DNA of 64,000 nt from Eubacteriales bacterium (GCA_045532035.1 JAZSFD010000050.1:6751-70750); one strand, 5' to 3'; shown: positions 1-9,484, counted from the first letter of the stretch. The notes: a model not told the origin generated them from the sequence alone. Program-made: numbers and translations.

Positions 1-711
1 GCCGTCGGGATAAAAATAGTTTGTGGAAACCGCGTCGAAGTTACAACCCTCATAATAGATGATGCCCGACGAAGAAAGCTTTTCGGGAAGGCCAAAGAGA
101 TGGGATACCATGTCAACATCATGGATGTGCTGGTCAAAGATGGCTCCGCCTCCAAGCTCCTTTTTGTGATACCAGTCGTTGTAGGACCACACGGGAGTTG
201 CGCCTCCGCGGTAGAAATAAGCACAAAGTACCTTTCCGAATCTGCCCGAATCAACACAATCCTTGAGATATTCATACTCGGGCCAGAATCTGAGGCATTG
301 ACCGATCATGAGACGCTTGTCTGCCTTTTTCGCGGTATCGATCATCTTCTGACACTGCTCAAGATTGAGAGCCATCGGCTTTTCGCAGAAAACATTGATT
401 CCGTGCTCAAGGCACTTGCAGGAGATCTCACAGTGGAGATAGGTCGGCACAATGACCGAAACCATGTCAAGCTCCGTTTCCTTTTCAAGCATTTCTTCAA
501 CATCTGTGTAGCAACGGAATTTCGAAAAATCGAACTCACCGACAGCCATTCCTTCAAGATTGAAGTCTGCCTTGTAATTCTTAAACTTGGCTTGGTCTAT
601 ATCGCAGATTGCCACAAGCTCAATTCCCTTTTTCTCTGCCATGAACTTGATGTAGTTGTTGAGATGGCCTCTGCCCATCGAACCGATACCGATTATTCCT
701 GCTTTAATCAT
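1..711 (-). CDS. Gfo/Idh/MocA family NAD(P)-dependent oxidoreductase (N-terminal 237 aa; 3' end runs off the window)
   Basis: Not in the ORF track because it is edge-truncated. The minus strand from the ATG at 711 reads MIKAGIIGIGSMGRGHLNNY...VFCEKPMAL...FDQHIHDVD. It has a Rossmann GxGxxG and the EKP motif typical of this family. The frame stays open to base 1. Confidence 0.85.
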   Translation of the reverse strand, partial: MIKAGIIGIGSMGRGHLNNYIKFMAEKKGIELVAICDIDQAKFKNYKADFNLEGMAVGEFDFSKFRCYTDVEEMLEKETELDMVSVIVPTYLHCEISCKCLEHGINVFCEKPMALNLEQCQKMIDTAKKADKRLMIGQCLRFWPEYEYLKDCVDSGRFGKVLCAYFYRGGATPVWSYNDWYHKKELGGGAIFDQHIHDVDMVSHLFGLPEKLSSSGIIYYEGCNFDAVSTNYFYPDG

Positions 712-784
712 TTCAAAACGCCTCTCTTTATTTTACGAAAATTTCTTTATACGCCTGTGCCGCCTTGTAAGCCGCGTCAAAGTC

Positions 785-1546
785 TCATTCTTTGTCTGAG
801 GGAATAACCTCGGCGGTGCAAAAATCGTCGTATCCTGCCCTTCTGAGAGCCTCAAGCGCCCTTTCGAAGTTCACATCCCCCTTGCCGATATCGCAAAAGC
901 CTGCAAGGGTTCTGACCTCGCGCACATAATCCTTGATGTGTATCTTGCAGATGTGGCTTCTGAGAATGTCTATCCACTGCTCGGGCCAACCCTCATAAAC
1001 CACATTTCCCACATCAAAATATGCCTTTACATAAGGTGAGCCGACCTTGTCGATGAAATCGCGGTATTCAAGGGGAGAAAGCAAGAACTTATTCCAGACA
1101 TTTTCAACGCCGATGATAACACCGCATTCCTTTGCGTATTCCGCACCATGGCGCATGGCTTCAAGGGCTCTGTCATAAACGACATCGTAAGGTGCTTCCT
1201 CGTCGACCGTCGCGGGAACCACAAGGATGCTGTCGCACGAAAGCAGCTTTGCAATCTCCAGCTGGCGGCGAAGAATTCTCTTTGCCGTCTCCCTTACCGC
1301 GGGATCGTTTGAAGCAAAGGAATACCGCCAGCAAAGTCCCGTTGCAACACTGTACAGCTCGATGCCGTGTTTTTTTGCAAGAGCGCCTATTTCAAGAACC
1401 TTTTCATCGGAGGTATCAACGGTAAGCTCGCCATCCCCGTCAAGAGTCACCTCTACTCCGTCAAAGCCCTGTTCTTTTGCATAGCTGAAAGCTTCTTCAT
1501 AGCTTTTGTTTCGGAAAGCCCAGTAGCTTATTCCCTTTTTCAACAA
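785..1546 (-). CDS. Sugar phosphate isomerase/epimerase (xylose isomerase-like TIM barrel, UlaE/hexulose-type)
   Basis: 253 aa. Contains GFDGVE, IGVENVWNKFL and HIKDY-type motifs. The antisense ORFs on this stretch are low quality. Confidence 0.85.
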   Translation of the reverse strand: MLKKGISYWAFRNKSYEEAFSYAKEQGFDGVEVTLDGDGELTVDTSDEKVLEIGALAKKHGIELYSVATGLCWRYSFASNDPAVRETAKRILRRQLEIAKLLSCDSILVVPATVDEEAPYDVVYDRALEAMRHGAEYAKECGVIIGVENVWNKFLLSPLEYRDFIDKVGSPYVKAYFDVGNVVYEGWPEQWIDILRSHICKIHIKDYVREVRTLAGFCDIGKGDVNFERALEALRRAGYDDFCTAEVIPSDKE

Positions 1547-1662
1547 AATCTCTCCTTTCGGATATTGATTTTTCTTTAATTTTATGATACACTTTTTTCG
1601 GAAGATATCGAGCGTTTATATTTCGAAAAACTGACAATATCGTTCACTTTTTTTGTAAGGTT

Positions 1663-2532
1663 TTGAAAATGAAAGATAACTATAAAAAACACCGTTTATC
1701 CGACACGCTGAAGATCGAAAAGCTTGTGACCATCTATTACAACGAGTTTTCCAACAATGCTGTTTTTACCGGGGAAAGCCACGATTTCTGGGAGCTTGTT
1801 TATGCCGACAAGGGATCGGCGATCGTTACGGCTGAAAAAGAGCAGTTTGTGCTTGCTCAGGGCAGCATTGTTTTTCACAAGCCCAATGAGTTTCATGCCA
1901 TTCGCTCGGTCAACAATGATCCGCCAAATGTGGTGGTGATCACATTTACAGTTTCGAAAGACACCGACATGAGCTTTTTCTGCAACCGTACTGCCGTCTT
2001 ACCCGAGGCTTTGCGTTTCCATGTCACCGAGATATTGGAAAATGCAAAGAGGACCTTTGTCATTCCGATGGTCGGAGGAGTTCTCACTCTTGCAGAAGCT
2101 CCTGTCATCGGCGGCGAACAGATGATAAAGACTCACCTTGAGCAAATGCTCATCGAGCTTATGAGGCAGGACGCCGAAAACGCTTTTTCGACAAGCAAAG
2201 CCATCGAAAACAATACAACAGTCGGCAAATGCATCGAACTTCTTACTGAAAATATTTACGGAAATGTCTCCATAGATGAAGTGTGCTCCAAGACTAATTA
2301 CAGCCGCACATATATTTGTACCCTTTTCCGTGCTGTCACCGGAAAAACGATAATTCAGTATTACAACGAACTGAAAATCGATGAAGCAAAAAAGCTGATA
2401 CGAAAAAACAAGCATACCTTTGCCGAGATCTCGGGGCTTTTGGGGTTCAACACTCCTACTTATTTTACACATATTTTTTCAAAGATCACAAAGATGGCTC
2501 CCGGTCAGTACAAGAAATCAGTATACAAATAA
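1663..2532 (+). CDS. AraC family transcriptional regulator (cupin sensor plus C-terminal HTH)
   Basis: 289 aa. The N-terminal cupin-like part reads GSIVFHKPNEFH. The C-terminal AraC double HTH reads SIDEVCSKTNYSRTYICTLFRAVTGKT...GFNTPTYFTHIFSKITKMAPGQY. Confidence 0.9.
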   Translation: MKMKDNYKKHRLSDTLKIEKLVTIYYNEFSNNAVFTGESHDFWELVYADKGSAIVTAEKEQFVLAQGSIVFHKPNEFHAIRSVNNDPPNVVVITFTVSKDTDMSFFCNRTAVLPEALRFHVTEILENAKRTFVIPMVGGVLTLAEAPVIGGEQMIKTHLEQMLIELMRQDAENAFSTSKAIENNTTVGKCIELLTENIYGNVSIDEVCSKTNYSRTYICTLFRAVTGKTIIQYYNELKIDEAKKLIRKNKHTFAEISGLLGFNTPTYFTHIFSKITKMAPGQYKKSVYK

Positions 2533-2544
2533 CAGGAGGAAAAT

Positions 2545-3531
2545 ATGCCAAAATCAGCAAATCAAAAGCTCAAGCTTCTTTATCTTCTGAAAATACTTCT
2601 CGAATACACCGACGAGGAGCATCCGCTGACTGTCGCCGAGCTTATCACCCACCTTGCGGGATATGATGTTGCCGCCGAAAGAAAGAGCATCTATTCGGAC
2701 ATCGAGCTGCTCCGCGAATACGGCATTGATATCGAAGCGGTCAAGTCAAAATCCTATGGCTACTATGTGGCAAGCCGTGATTTTGAGCTGCCTGAGCTGA
2801 AATTGCTTGTGGATGCGGTGCAATCCTCAAAATTCATCACAAGAAAGAAAAGCTCCGAGCTTATAAGCAAGATCGAAGGCTTTGCCAGCCGTTATCAGGC
2901 AAAAAATCTTGAGCGCCAGGTATTTGTTGCCAACCGCATCAAGACCATGAATGAAAGCATCTATTACACGGTGGACTATATCCACACAGCCATTTTCTCT
3001 GATTCAAAGATAAGCTTCAAATACTTTGAATGGACAGCACAAAAGGAAAAGGTGCTCAAGCACGACGGCAAGGAATACATCATAAGTCCCTGGGCGCTGA
3101 CCTGGGACGATGAAAACTATTATCTTGTCGCATACGACTCGGAAGCGAGCATTATCAAGCATTACAGAGTCGATAAGATCACCAGAATAAGAATACTCGG
3201 AGAAAAACGAGAGGGTGCCGAAAGCTTCAGGGAGTTTGACATGGCCATCTATTCGAAATCGGTCTTCGGTATGTTCGGAGGATATGCAGAATATGTCTCG
3301 CTGCTCTGCCACGAAAGCCTTGCGGGAATAGTTATTGACCGTTTCGGATCGGATGTGGTATTTGTAAAACGCGAAAACGGATATTTTGAGATAAATGTCA
3401 GTGTCGTTCTGTCCTCCCAGTTTTATTCCTGGGTGTTTGGCTTTGGCGACAGAATGCAGATCCTATCTCCTGAAAAGGCGCGTTGCGGCTTTCTTGAACA
3501 GCTTGAAAAAGCCCGCAAATCCTATATATAA
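2545..3531 (+). CDS. WYL domain-containing transcriptional regulator (wHTH-WYL-WCX architecture)
   Basis: 328 aa. The N-terminal wHTH reads LKILLEYTDEEHPLTVAELI. The central WYL-type block reads ISPWALTWDDENYYLVAYD...HYRVDKI. It starts 12 nt after the AraC stop. Confidence 0.85.
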   Translation: MPKSANQKLKLLYLLKILLEYTDEEHPLTVAELITHLAGYDVAAERKSIYSDIELLREYGIDIEAVKSKSYGYYVASRDFELPELKLLVDAVQSSKFITRKKSSELISKIEGFASRYQAKNLERQVFVANRIKTMNESIYYTVDYIHTAIFSDSKISFKYFEWTAQKEKVLKHDGKEYIISPWALTWDDENYYLVAYDSEASIIKHYRVDKITRIRILGEKREGAESFREFDMAIYSKSVFGMFGGYAEYVSLLCHESLAGIVIDRFGSDVVFVKRENGYFEINVSVVLSSQFYSWVFGFGDRMQILSPEKARCGFLEQLEKARKSYI

Positions 3532-3619
3532 AACAAACACACTTTCGGTCGGTCGCAGCTGTCCCCTTCTTGCCTTCTTGCCTTATTGTTATTATTATCT
3601 TTATTATCTTTATTTAATT

Positions 3620-3695
3620 ATTGTCGATGATTTGTCGACGATTTGTCGATGATTTGTCGATGATTTGTCGACGATTTGTCATTTCCTTTGTCGAC
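3620..3695. repeat. Tandem 11-bp direct repeat array, unit GATTTGTCGA(T/C): about 5 full copies plus partial copies, with one more copy at 3766-3775
   Basis: Read directly as ttgtcgat|gatttgtcgac|gatttgtcgat|gatttgtcgat|gatttgtcgac|gatttgtc..tttgtcgac. A roughly 40-nt tract at 3583-3622 with only three G/C precedes it. Confidence 0.9.
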
Positions 3696-3848
3696 AACTG
3701 AGGCTTATCCCCACAAAAGCCATGCATTTTCGGGGGCTTTCAGAGGTTTGATCGTTTATCGCTTCATTTGTCGATTTCAGGCAATTCATCGCCGCCGGAC
3801 ATTTCTTGGTAACATCTTTTCATCACCCCGCTGTTTTGTTCCTCATAC

Positions 3849-3881
3849 AAAAAAACCTGCACTGTCATTAAACAGTGCAGG
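3849..3881 (-). terminator. Rho-independent terminator of glyQS
   Basis: A 9-bp stem cctgcactg/cagtgcagg (3856-3864 and 3873-3881) is followed on the minus strand by a T-run, which is the A-run at 3849-3855 on the plus strand. Confidence 0.8.
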
Positions 3882-3895
3882 GTAATTTATTCGGA

Positions 3896-5293
3896 TCAGA
3901 ATGCAACCTTTTCTTCGATATATGCCTTAAGGTCTTCGATCTTGATGCGAACCTGTTCCATGGTGTCGCGGTCACGGACTGTTACACAGCCGTCTTCTTC
4001 GGATTCGAAGTCATAGGTGATACAAAGAGGTGTGCCGATCTCGTCTTCGCGGCGATATCTCTTGCCGATACTGCCGGCATCGTCAAAGTCGACATTGAAG
4101 TATTTCTGGAGATCGTGATAGATGGCGGTTGCCTTTTCGGAAAGCTTCTTCGAAAGAGGAAGCACAGCCGCCTTGTAGGGTGCAAGGAAAGGATGGAGAC
4201 GAAGAACAGTTCTCACATCGCCCTCGGCGATTTCTTCTTCATCATATGCATCGCAAAGGAATGCAAGGAACGCTCTTTCAACACCGAGAGAAGGCTCGAC
4301 AACATAAGGAATGTAGTGAGAGTTTGTCTCCTGGTCGAAATATGTCATGTCCTTGCCGGAGGTGTTCTGATGCTGGGTAAGGTCATAATCTGTTCTGTCA
4401 GCAACGCCCCAGAGCTCGCCCCATCCGAACGGGAAGAGGAATTCGAAGTCTGTGGTTGCCTTGGAATAGAAGCAAAGCTCTTCGGGATCGTGGTCACGAA
4501 GACGAAGATTTTCTTCCTTCATGCCGAGCGAAAGGAGCCAATCGCGGCAGAATGCGCGCCAGTATTCAAACCATTCAAGGTCTGTGTCGGGCTTGCAGAA
4601 GAATTCAAGCTCCATCTGTTCGAATTCACGCACGCGGAAAATGAAGTTGCCGGGAGTGATTTCGTTACGGAAAGACTTACCGATCTGGGCAATACCGAAG
4701 GGAAGCTTTCTTCTTGATGTACGCTGAACATTCACGAAGTTTACGAAAATACCCTGAGCTGTTTCGGGGCGAAGATATACCGTGTTCTTTGCATCCTCGG
4801 TTACACCCTGGAAGGTCTTGAACATGAGGTTGAACTGACGGATGTCGGTGAAGTTGTGCTTTCCGCAGGTGGGACAGGGGATGTTGTTGGCTTCAACGAA
4901 ATCCTTCATTTCCTGCTGGGAGAAAGCATCGATGGGCTTATCAAGGGTTGCGCCGGTCTGTGCGCACCAGTCTTCGATGAGCTTGTCCGCGCGGAAACGC
5001 TCGTGACATTCGCGGCAGTCCATGAGAGGATCGGAAAATCCTCCGAGATGACCCGATGCCACCCAGGTCTGGGGATTCATGAGGATAGCTGCGTCAAGAC
5101 CTACATTGTAGGGGTTTTCCTGAACGAACTTTTTCCACCATGCCTTTTTGACATTGTTTTTGAATTCAACACCGAGGGGGCCGTAGTCCCAGGTGTTTGC
5201 AAGGCCGCCGTAGATCTCACTGCCTGCATAAACATAACCTCTGCCTTTGCAGAAAGCTACGATTTTTTCCATTGATTTATCTGTGTTTTTCAT
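3896..5293 (-). CDS. glyQS: Glycine--tRNA ligase (homodimeric class II GlyQS type)
   Basis: 465 aa. Reads [23 protein letters not shown]...[21 protein letters not shown]...[25 protein letters not shown]. Confidence 0.97.
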   Translation of the reverse strand: MKNTDKSMEKIVAFCKGRGYVYAGSEIYGGLANTWDYGPLGVEFKNNVKKAWWKKFVQENPYNVGLDAAILMNPQTWVASGHLGGFSDPLMDCRECHERFRADKLIEDWCAQTGATLDKPIDAFSQQEMKDFVEANNIPCPTCGKHNFTDIRQFNLMFKTFQGVTEDAKNTVYLRPETAQGIFVNFVNVQRTSRRKLPFGIAQIGKSFRNEITPGNFIFRVREFEQMELEFFCKPDTDLEWFEYWRAFCRDWLLSLGMKEENLRLRDHDPEELCFYSKATTDFEFLFPFGWGELWGVADRTDYDLTQHQNTSGKDMTYFDQETNSHYIPYVVEPSLGVERAFLAFLCDAYDEEEIAEGDVRTVLRLHPFLAPYKAAVLPLSKKLSEKATAIYHDLQKYFNVDFDDAGSIGKRYRREDEIGTPLCITYDFESEEDGCVTVRDRDTMEQVRIKIEDLKAYIEEKVAF

Positions 5294-5395
5294 TTGGAAA
5301 TTCCTCTCTGAATATACAATAATAATTTATTATATACCATTCCTTTTGATTTTTCAAGTGTTTTTGACTTTTTTATCACAATGTTTGCCTGTTTA

Positions 5396-5424
5396 TTGCA
5401 TTTCGACGGGAAATGTGCTATAAT
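5396..5424 (+). promoter_or_regulatory. Sigma-A type promoter for the HAD hydrolase/rlmH unit
   Basis: TTGCAT (5396-5401), a 17-nt spacer, then TATAAT (5419-5424), with an extended -10 TGC just before the hexamer. Confidence 0.65.
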
Positions 5425-5468
5425 CGTGTCATCGGCAAATCACAAACACATATTTTTTCGAGGGTAAA

Positions 5469-6293
5469 ATGAACAAATACAAGCTTATTGCCTCAGATCT
5501 TGACGGCACCTTACTTGACAGCTCGGCTCGCATCAGCCGCCAAAACCTTGATGCCATAGACAAGCTTTCAGAAATGGGAGTTCACTTTGTCCCCTGCTCG
5601 GGCAGAACCTTTTCGGAGCTTCCCCAAGAGCTCAAGGACAACAAAAATATAAGATATGTGATCCATTCCAACGGCGCTGTTGTGTTTGACCGAAAGACAG
5701 GGAAACGCATACTTAACTGTATTCCAGGAGATCTTGTGTGCAAAATCCTTGATGCTTTACATTCCTTCAAGACCCACATCACATATCGGCTGAACGGCGA
5801 ATGCTTTGTGGATGCACGCTTTCAGGATGAGGCATCTTGGGACTATTACAATGTCTGCAAAGCTCACCGCACTGTGGTTCGTGATTTTGCCGTCTATCTT
5901 GAGGACTTCGATGAAAAAAGCTATGCCGCCGACAATGTGGAGGTTTTTGCCGCCTTTTTCCATGATTACTCCGAAAAGCTTGCCTGCATAAAACAGCTTG
6001 AAAAAGAGCCTCTTCTTCGTGTGGTCGAGCTTGATGAAAACAACATTGAGGTGATGAGTGCTTCTGCAGGAAAAGGAAACGCTCTTATGGCTCTTGCAAA
6101 AATGCTCGGCATTGATATTTCCGAAACCATGAGCCTTGGCGACAGCAGAAATGATATCAGCATCACACAGACCGCAGGGCTCGGTCTTGCCATGTCAAAC
6201 GCCTGGGAAACTCTGAAAAATCTTGCCGACAAGATCATCTGCTCAAACGACGAGCACGCCATAGCTTATGTTCTTGAGCACTATTTTTCATAA
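5469..6293 (+). CDS. Cof-type HAD-IIB family hydrolase (sugar phosphatase-like)
   Basis: 274 aa. Has the DLDGTLL motif I, a SGR motif, and the C-terminal GDSRNDISI motif. Confidence 0.9.
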   Translation: MNKYKLIASDLDGTLLDSSARISRQNLDAIDKLSEMGVHFVPCSGRTFSELPQELKDNKNIRYVIHSNGAVVFDRKTGKRILNCIPGDLVCKILDALHSFKTHITYRLNGECFVDARFQDEASWDYYNVCKAHRTVVRDFAVYLEDFDEKSYAADNVEVFAAFFHDYSEKLACIKQLEKEPLLRVVELDENNIEVMSASAGKGNALMALAKMLGIDISETMSLGDSRNDISITQTAGLGLAMSNAWETLKNLADKIICSNDEHAIAYVLEHYFS

Positions 6294-6305
6294 AGGAGAA
6301 CCATA

Positions 6306-6788
6306 ATGCTTTCAGTCGATCTCATATATCTCGGAAACGAGAAGGAAAAATACTACAACGAAGCCGCCGACGAATATATAAGAAGGCTTTCGGCGTTCTG
6401 CTCTTTCAAGCAAAAGAATATCAAGGATGAGCGGCTTTCAAATGAACCGTCGCAAAACGAGATCAATGCCGCCCTTGAAAAGGAGAGCAAAAAAATATCC
6501 GAGGCTCTTCCCGAAAGAAGCTATAAGATTGCCATGTGCGTCGAAGGAAAGCAGATGTCGTCGGAGGAGCTTGCCGCTCTTTTCGAATCGTTGCCGTCAA
6601 GAGGATACTCGGGTGTTTCTTTTGTCATCGGAAGCTCCTGCGGACTTGCGGAAAGTGTGAAAAAATCCTGCGATCTGCGCCTTTCGGTGTCAAAAATGAC
6701 TTTTCCCCACAAGCTTTTCCGCGTGATGCTGCTCGAACAGATCTATCGCGCTTTCACCATCAATGCGGGAAGCAAGTATCATAAATAG
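6306..6788 (+). CDS. rlmH: 23S rRNA (pseudouridine1915-N3)-methyltransferase RlmH (SPOUT)
   Basis: 160 aa. The C-terminus reads FVIGSSCGL...LSVSKMTFPHKLFRVMLLEQIYRAF, characteristic of RlmH. Confidence 0.93.
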   Translation: MLSVDLIYLGNEKEKYYNEAADEYIRRLSAFCSFKQKNIKDERLSNEPSQNEINAALEKESKKISEALPERSYKIAMCVEGKQMSSEELAALFESLPSRGYSGVSFVIGSSCGLAESVKKSCDLRLSVSKMTFPHKLFRVMLLEQIYRAFTINAGSKYHK

Positions 6789-6795
6789 CAATAAC

Positions 6796-6829
6796 ATACC
6801 CCATGTTTTCATGCGAAAACATGGGGTAT
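6796..6829. terminator. Strong hairpin between convergent rlmH and the GH31 gene (likely a bidirectional terminator)
   Basis: A perfect 15-bp stem ataccccatgttttc/gaaaacatggggtat has a 4-nt loop. The flanks are AT-rich but neither side has a long T-run. Confidence 0.6.
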
Positions 6830-6840
6830 AATTATATCTT

Positions 6841-8370
6841 TCATCGTCTTTCAAAATAAGGAAGAACAGATATGGGCGCGTCGACTGTAACAGTCTGTCC
6901 GCCCTCATATATTTTTTCGCCAAAGAGCGCCCATCTGCCCGCAGGAAGCTTTACTTCACGGGAAGTTTGCCCTTTTTTCAAAACAGGAGCCACAAGTATC
7001 TTGTCACCGAGCATAAACTGGTCGGTCACCTTTTCAAAGCCCTCTCCCGGGAATTCATATTCCATATATCTTGCAATAGGCTCACCTGTTTTGCCGGCGT
7101 TTTCGGCAAGGGTGAGGATGTAATAGGCGTACTGGGTGTGAAGTCGGGCTGCGCGCAGACAAAGGATGGCGTTTTCCTCCGAAAGCACACGCCAGGGAGC
7201 CACCGAAAACTGCATCATCGGCATGAGTGCCGCACACTGCGCATATCTTACCACAAGCTCTTCGTCGATTCTGTTCTCAAATCCCTCATTCGCAAAGAAA
7301 GAATACTCTCCCCCGCCGATCATGTCGGGGCAGGTATAGGCATAGCCCATAATACCCTGGGTAAGAGTGTTGGGAACAAGGCTCGCAAGTCCGTTTTTGT
7401 CCCAGGTGTGGAGCTTGTCGGAAAGCCTTTGCACAAGAGGATAACCCTGACAGCCGACACAGGCGCGGTATTCGTTGTATTTATAATTAAGTCCGAATTT
7501 TGCCCAAAGCTCCGAAAAAACATTCGGATCTGCCATGCCAAGAGATATCTTGTCGTTCACATAAAATTTTGCATCTCCCGCGTCAAATTTGAAGCCGTCG
7601 ATGCCGTATTTGTCACAAAGAGTGCGAAGCTTCACATCATACCAGAGAATGGCAAGAGGATTCGTCAGGTCAAGAGTCGCCGAATAACCGTCCCACCATT
7701 CGTGAAGCGATATTTTGCCGTCCTCGGTCTTGGTGAGAAGATCCTTGTCGCGAAGCTCTCTGAACTCGGCACTGTCGGGAGAAATATACGGGCACGACCA
7801 AAGCATGACCTTAAAGCCCATCGAATGAAGCTCCTCCACCATAGCTTTCGGGTCGGGGAATCTTTCGCGCTCAAATTCCCAGCAGCCGTAATATTTCTGC
7901 CAGCAGTCATCGATCATGAGAATGCCCGCAGGATATCCGTTATCGATAAGACCGTGGGCATATTTCAAAACATCCGCCTGATTCTGATTATATATCAGCT
8001 CGATCCAGGTATTATACTGGGGAGTTTCGAAAAACTCGCGGGGAGGAATACCCCTTTGAGGAAGAAAATGCTCTTTTGCCGCCGCAAGAAAAGCTTCCTT
8101 GAGCGTCTCGCCTGCTTCGATAAGCTCCACTGCGCTTTCGGTGGAAATTGTAAGCTTTCCGTCACGGGCGCAGATTGCAAAACAGCTGTCGCTGTAAATA
8201 TATCTTCCCTTATTGGAAATAAGTATGGGACAGACCTGGTTTCCCGTACTGTTCACGGTAAAATCTGCACAGTAATCGGAATCGGTTGTGATCGGAAAGC
8301 TTGTGCCGTCGTTGGCACAAAGGCCGTACCAGCTCTCGTTTTCTCTGAAATCCACATTATATGTATACAT
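6841..8370 (-). CDS. Glycoside hydrolase, family 31-like
   Basis: 509 aa. Contains ILMIDDCWQ, GIDGFKFDAGD and CPDMIGGG blocks that I associate with a GH31 subgroup. The exact specificity is unknown. Confidence 0.65.
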   Translation of the reverse strand: MYTYNVDFRENESWYGLCANDGTSFPITTDSDYCADFTVNSTGNQVCPILISNKGRYIYSDSCFAICARDGKLTISTESAVELIEAGETLKEAFLAAAKEHFLPQRGIPPREFFETPQYNTWIELIYNQNQADVLKYAHGLIDNGYPAGILMIDDCWQKYYGCWEFERERFPDPKAMVEELHSMGFKVMLWSCPYISPDSAEFRELRDKDLLTKTEDGKISLHEWWDGYSATLDLTNPLAILWYDVKLRTLCDKYGIDGFKFDAGDAKFYVNDKISLGMADPNVFSELWAKFGLNYKYNEYRACVGCQGYPLVQRLSDKLHTWDKNGLASLVPNTLTQGIMGYAYTCPDMIGGGEYSFFANEGFENRIDEELVVRYAQCAALMPMMQFSVAPWRVLSEENAILCLRAARLHTQYAYYILTLAENAGKTGEPIARYMEYEFPGEGFEKVTDQFMLGDKILVAPVLKKGQTSREVKLPAGRWALFGEKIYEGGQTVTVDAPISVLPYFERR

Positions 8371-8430
8371 ATCGTTCTCCTTTTGATAGAAAAACGGTCC
8401 GACGGAAAAACCTGCGGACCGTAAGCTTTT

Positions 8431-8874
8431 TTAGTTCTTTGCCTTGAGAAGATCGCGGATCTCTGTGAGAAGCTCTTCTTCCTTGGAGGGCTTGGGAGGC
8501 TCTGCAGGCTTCGCCGGTTCTTCTTCCTTCTTTTTGAGAGCTTCTGCCTTTTTGCGGATAGACGCAACGACCTTGACCATCATGAAAATGCAAATCGCAA
8601 TGATGAGAAAATCTATTACGGACTGGATAAACATACCGTAATTAAGGGTAAGTGCAGGGGTCACGACCGCTCCCGCTTCATCAAGCACTTCGGGCTTGAG
8701 TATTGCCTTGGCTTCGCTGAAATTGATTCCGCCTGTGACAACACTGATGAGAGGGGTGATGATGTTGTTGACAAGAGCTGTGACGATCTTGCCGAAAGCC
8801 GAGCCGATGATCATACCGACTGCCATGTCAATAACATTGCCTTTGGAAATAAACGCTTTGAAATCCTTGAACAT
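8431..8874 (-). CDS. mscL: Large-conductance mechanosensitive channel MscL
   Basis: 147 aa. The N-terminus reads MFKDFKAFISKGNVIDMAVGMIIGSAFGKIV, typical of MscL. Confidence 0.95.
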   Translation of the reverse strand: MFKDFKAFISKGNVIDMAVGMIIGSAFGKIVTALVNNIITPLISVVTGGINFSEAKAILKPEVLDEAGAVVTPALTLNYGMFIQSVIDFLIIAICIFMMVKVVASIRKKAEALKKKEEEPAKPAEPPKPSKEEELLTEIRDLLKAKN

Positions 8875-8909
8875 AATTATACTCCTTTATTCAAAAAATA
8901 TGGACTTTA

Positions 8910-9470
8910 TTATTCGTAGTATTCTCTCTTGAGAATGCCGACATAAGGAAGATCACGGTAAAGCTCGTCAAAATCGAGACCGTAGCCGATAACATATTCA
9001 TCGGGAATCGTAAAACAACCGAAATCGACCGAAATGGGCTTTTCGCGTCTGTCGGGCTTGTCAAGCAGAGTGCAGATCTTGATATCCCCTGCGTTGTGCT
9101 CTCTCTTTAAGTAGTCAACAAGCCAGAAAAGGGTGTTTCCGGTGTCAAGAATATCCTCGACGATAAGTACATTGTAATCTGAAAGATCCTTTTTCTCAAG
9201 GCCTGCCTTGATAACGATCTCTCCCGATGAAACAGCGCTTTTTCCGTAGGAGGAAAGACGCATGAAATCGACCTCCATGGGAAGGCGCACCGCCTTCATG
9301 AGATCTGCCATGAAGACCACCGAGCCCTTGAGTATTCCGAGCAGAAGCAGCTTCTTTTCGGAATCTCCGTAATAAGCCTCGATATCACGGGCAACCTCTG
9401 CCACCCTTGTTTTTATTTGTTCTTCGCTGCACAGTATTCTTTCAACTGCCCTTTCGTAATTACGATCCAT
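8910..9470 (-). CDS. hpt: Hypoxanthine phosphoribosyltransferase
   Basis: 186 aa. Has the PRPP-binding loop VLIVEDILDTGNTL and LLGILKGSVVFMADL. Confidence 0.95.
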   Translation of the reverse strand: MDRNYERAVERILCSEEQIKTRVAEVARDIEAYYGDSEKKLLLLGILKGSVVFMADLMKAVRLPMEVDFMRLSSYGKSAVSSGEIVIKAGLEKKDLSDYNVLIVEDILDTGNTLFWLVDYLKREHNAGDIKICTLLDKPDRREKPISVDFGCFTIPDEYVIGYGLDFDELYRDLPYVGILKREYYE

Positions 9471-9484
9471 AATAGCTCCCCGAA

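Noticed and set aside
100-807. A 235-aa plus-strand ORF lies at the window start.
   Set aside because: The opposite strand encodes a clear Gfo/Idh/MocA oxidoreductase (GIGSMGRGH, CEKP). That gene was missed by the track only because it is truncated at the window edge.
3620-3695. The tandem repeat array could be a CRISPR array.
   Set aside because: The units are only 11 bp and directly abut with no spacers. No cas genes or leader are present. This is an iteron/VNTR-type repeat, not CRISPR.
3676-3885. A 69-aa ORF starts inside the repeat array.
   Set aside because: It has no RBS. It begins within the repeats and runs through the glyQS terminator hairpin, and its product is basic and low-complexity. 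It is not credible as coding sequence.
5294-5468. A T-box leader might be expected upstream of glyQS.
   Set aside because: Only about 175 nt are available, and they are shared with a divergent promoter. I see no T-box sequence (GGTGG.ACCGCG-like) and no terminator/antiterminator pair on the minus strand.
6967-8424. A 485-aa plus-strand ORF lies opposite the GH31-like gene.
   Set aside because: This is the same antisense-shadow pattern. The minus-strand product has family motifs and this one has none.
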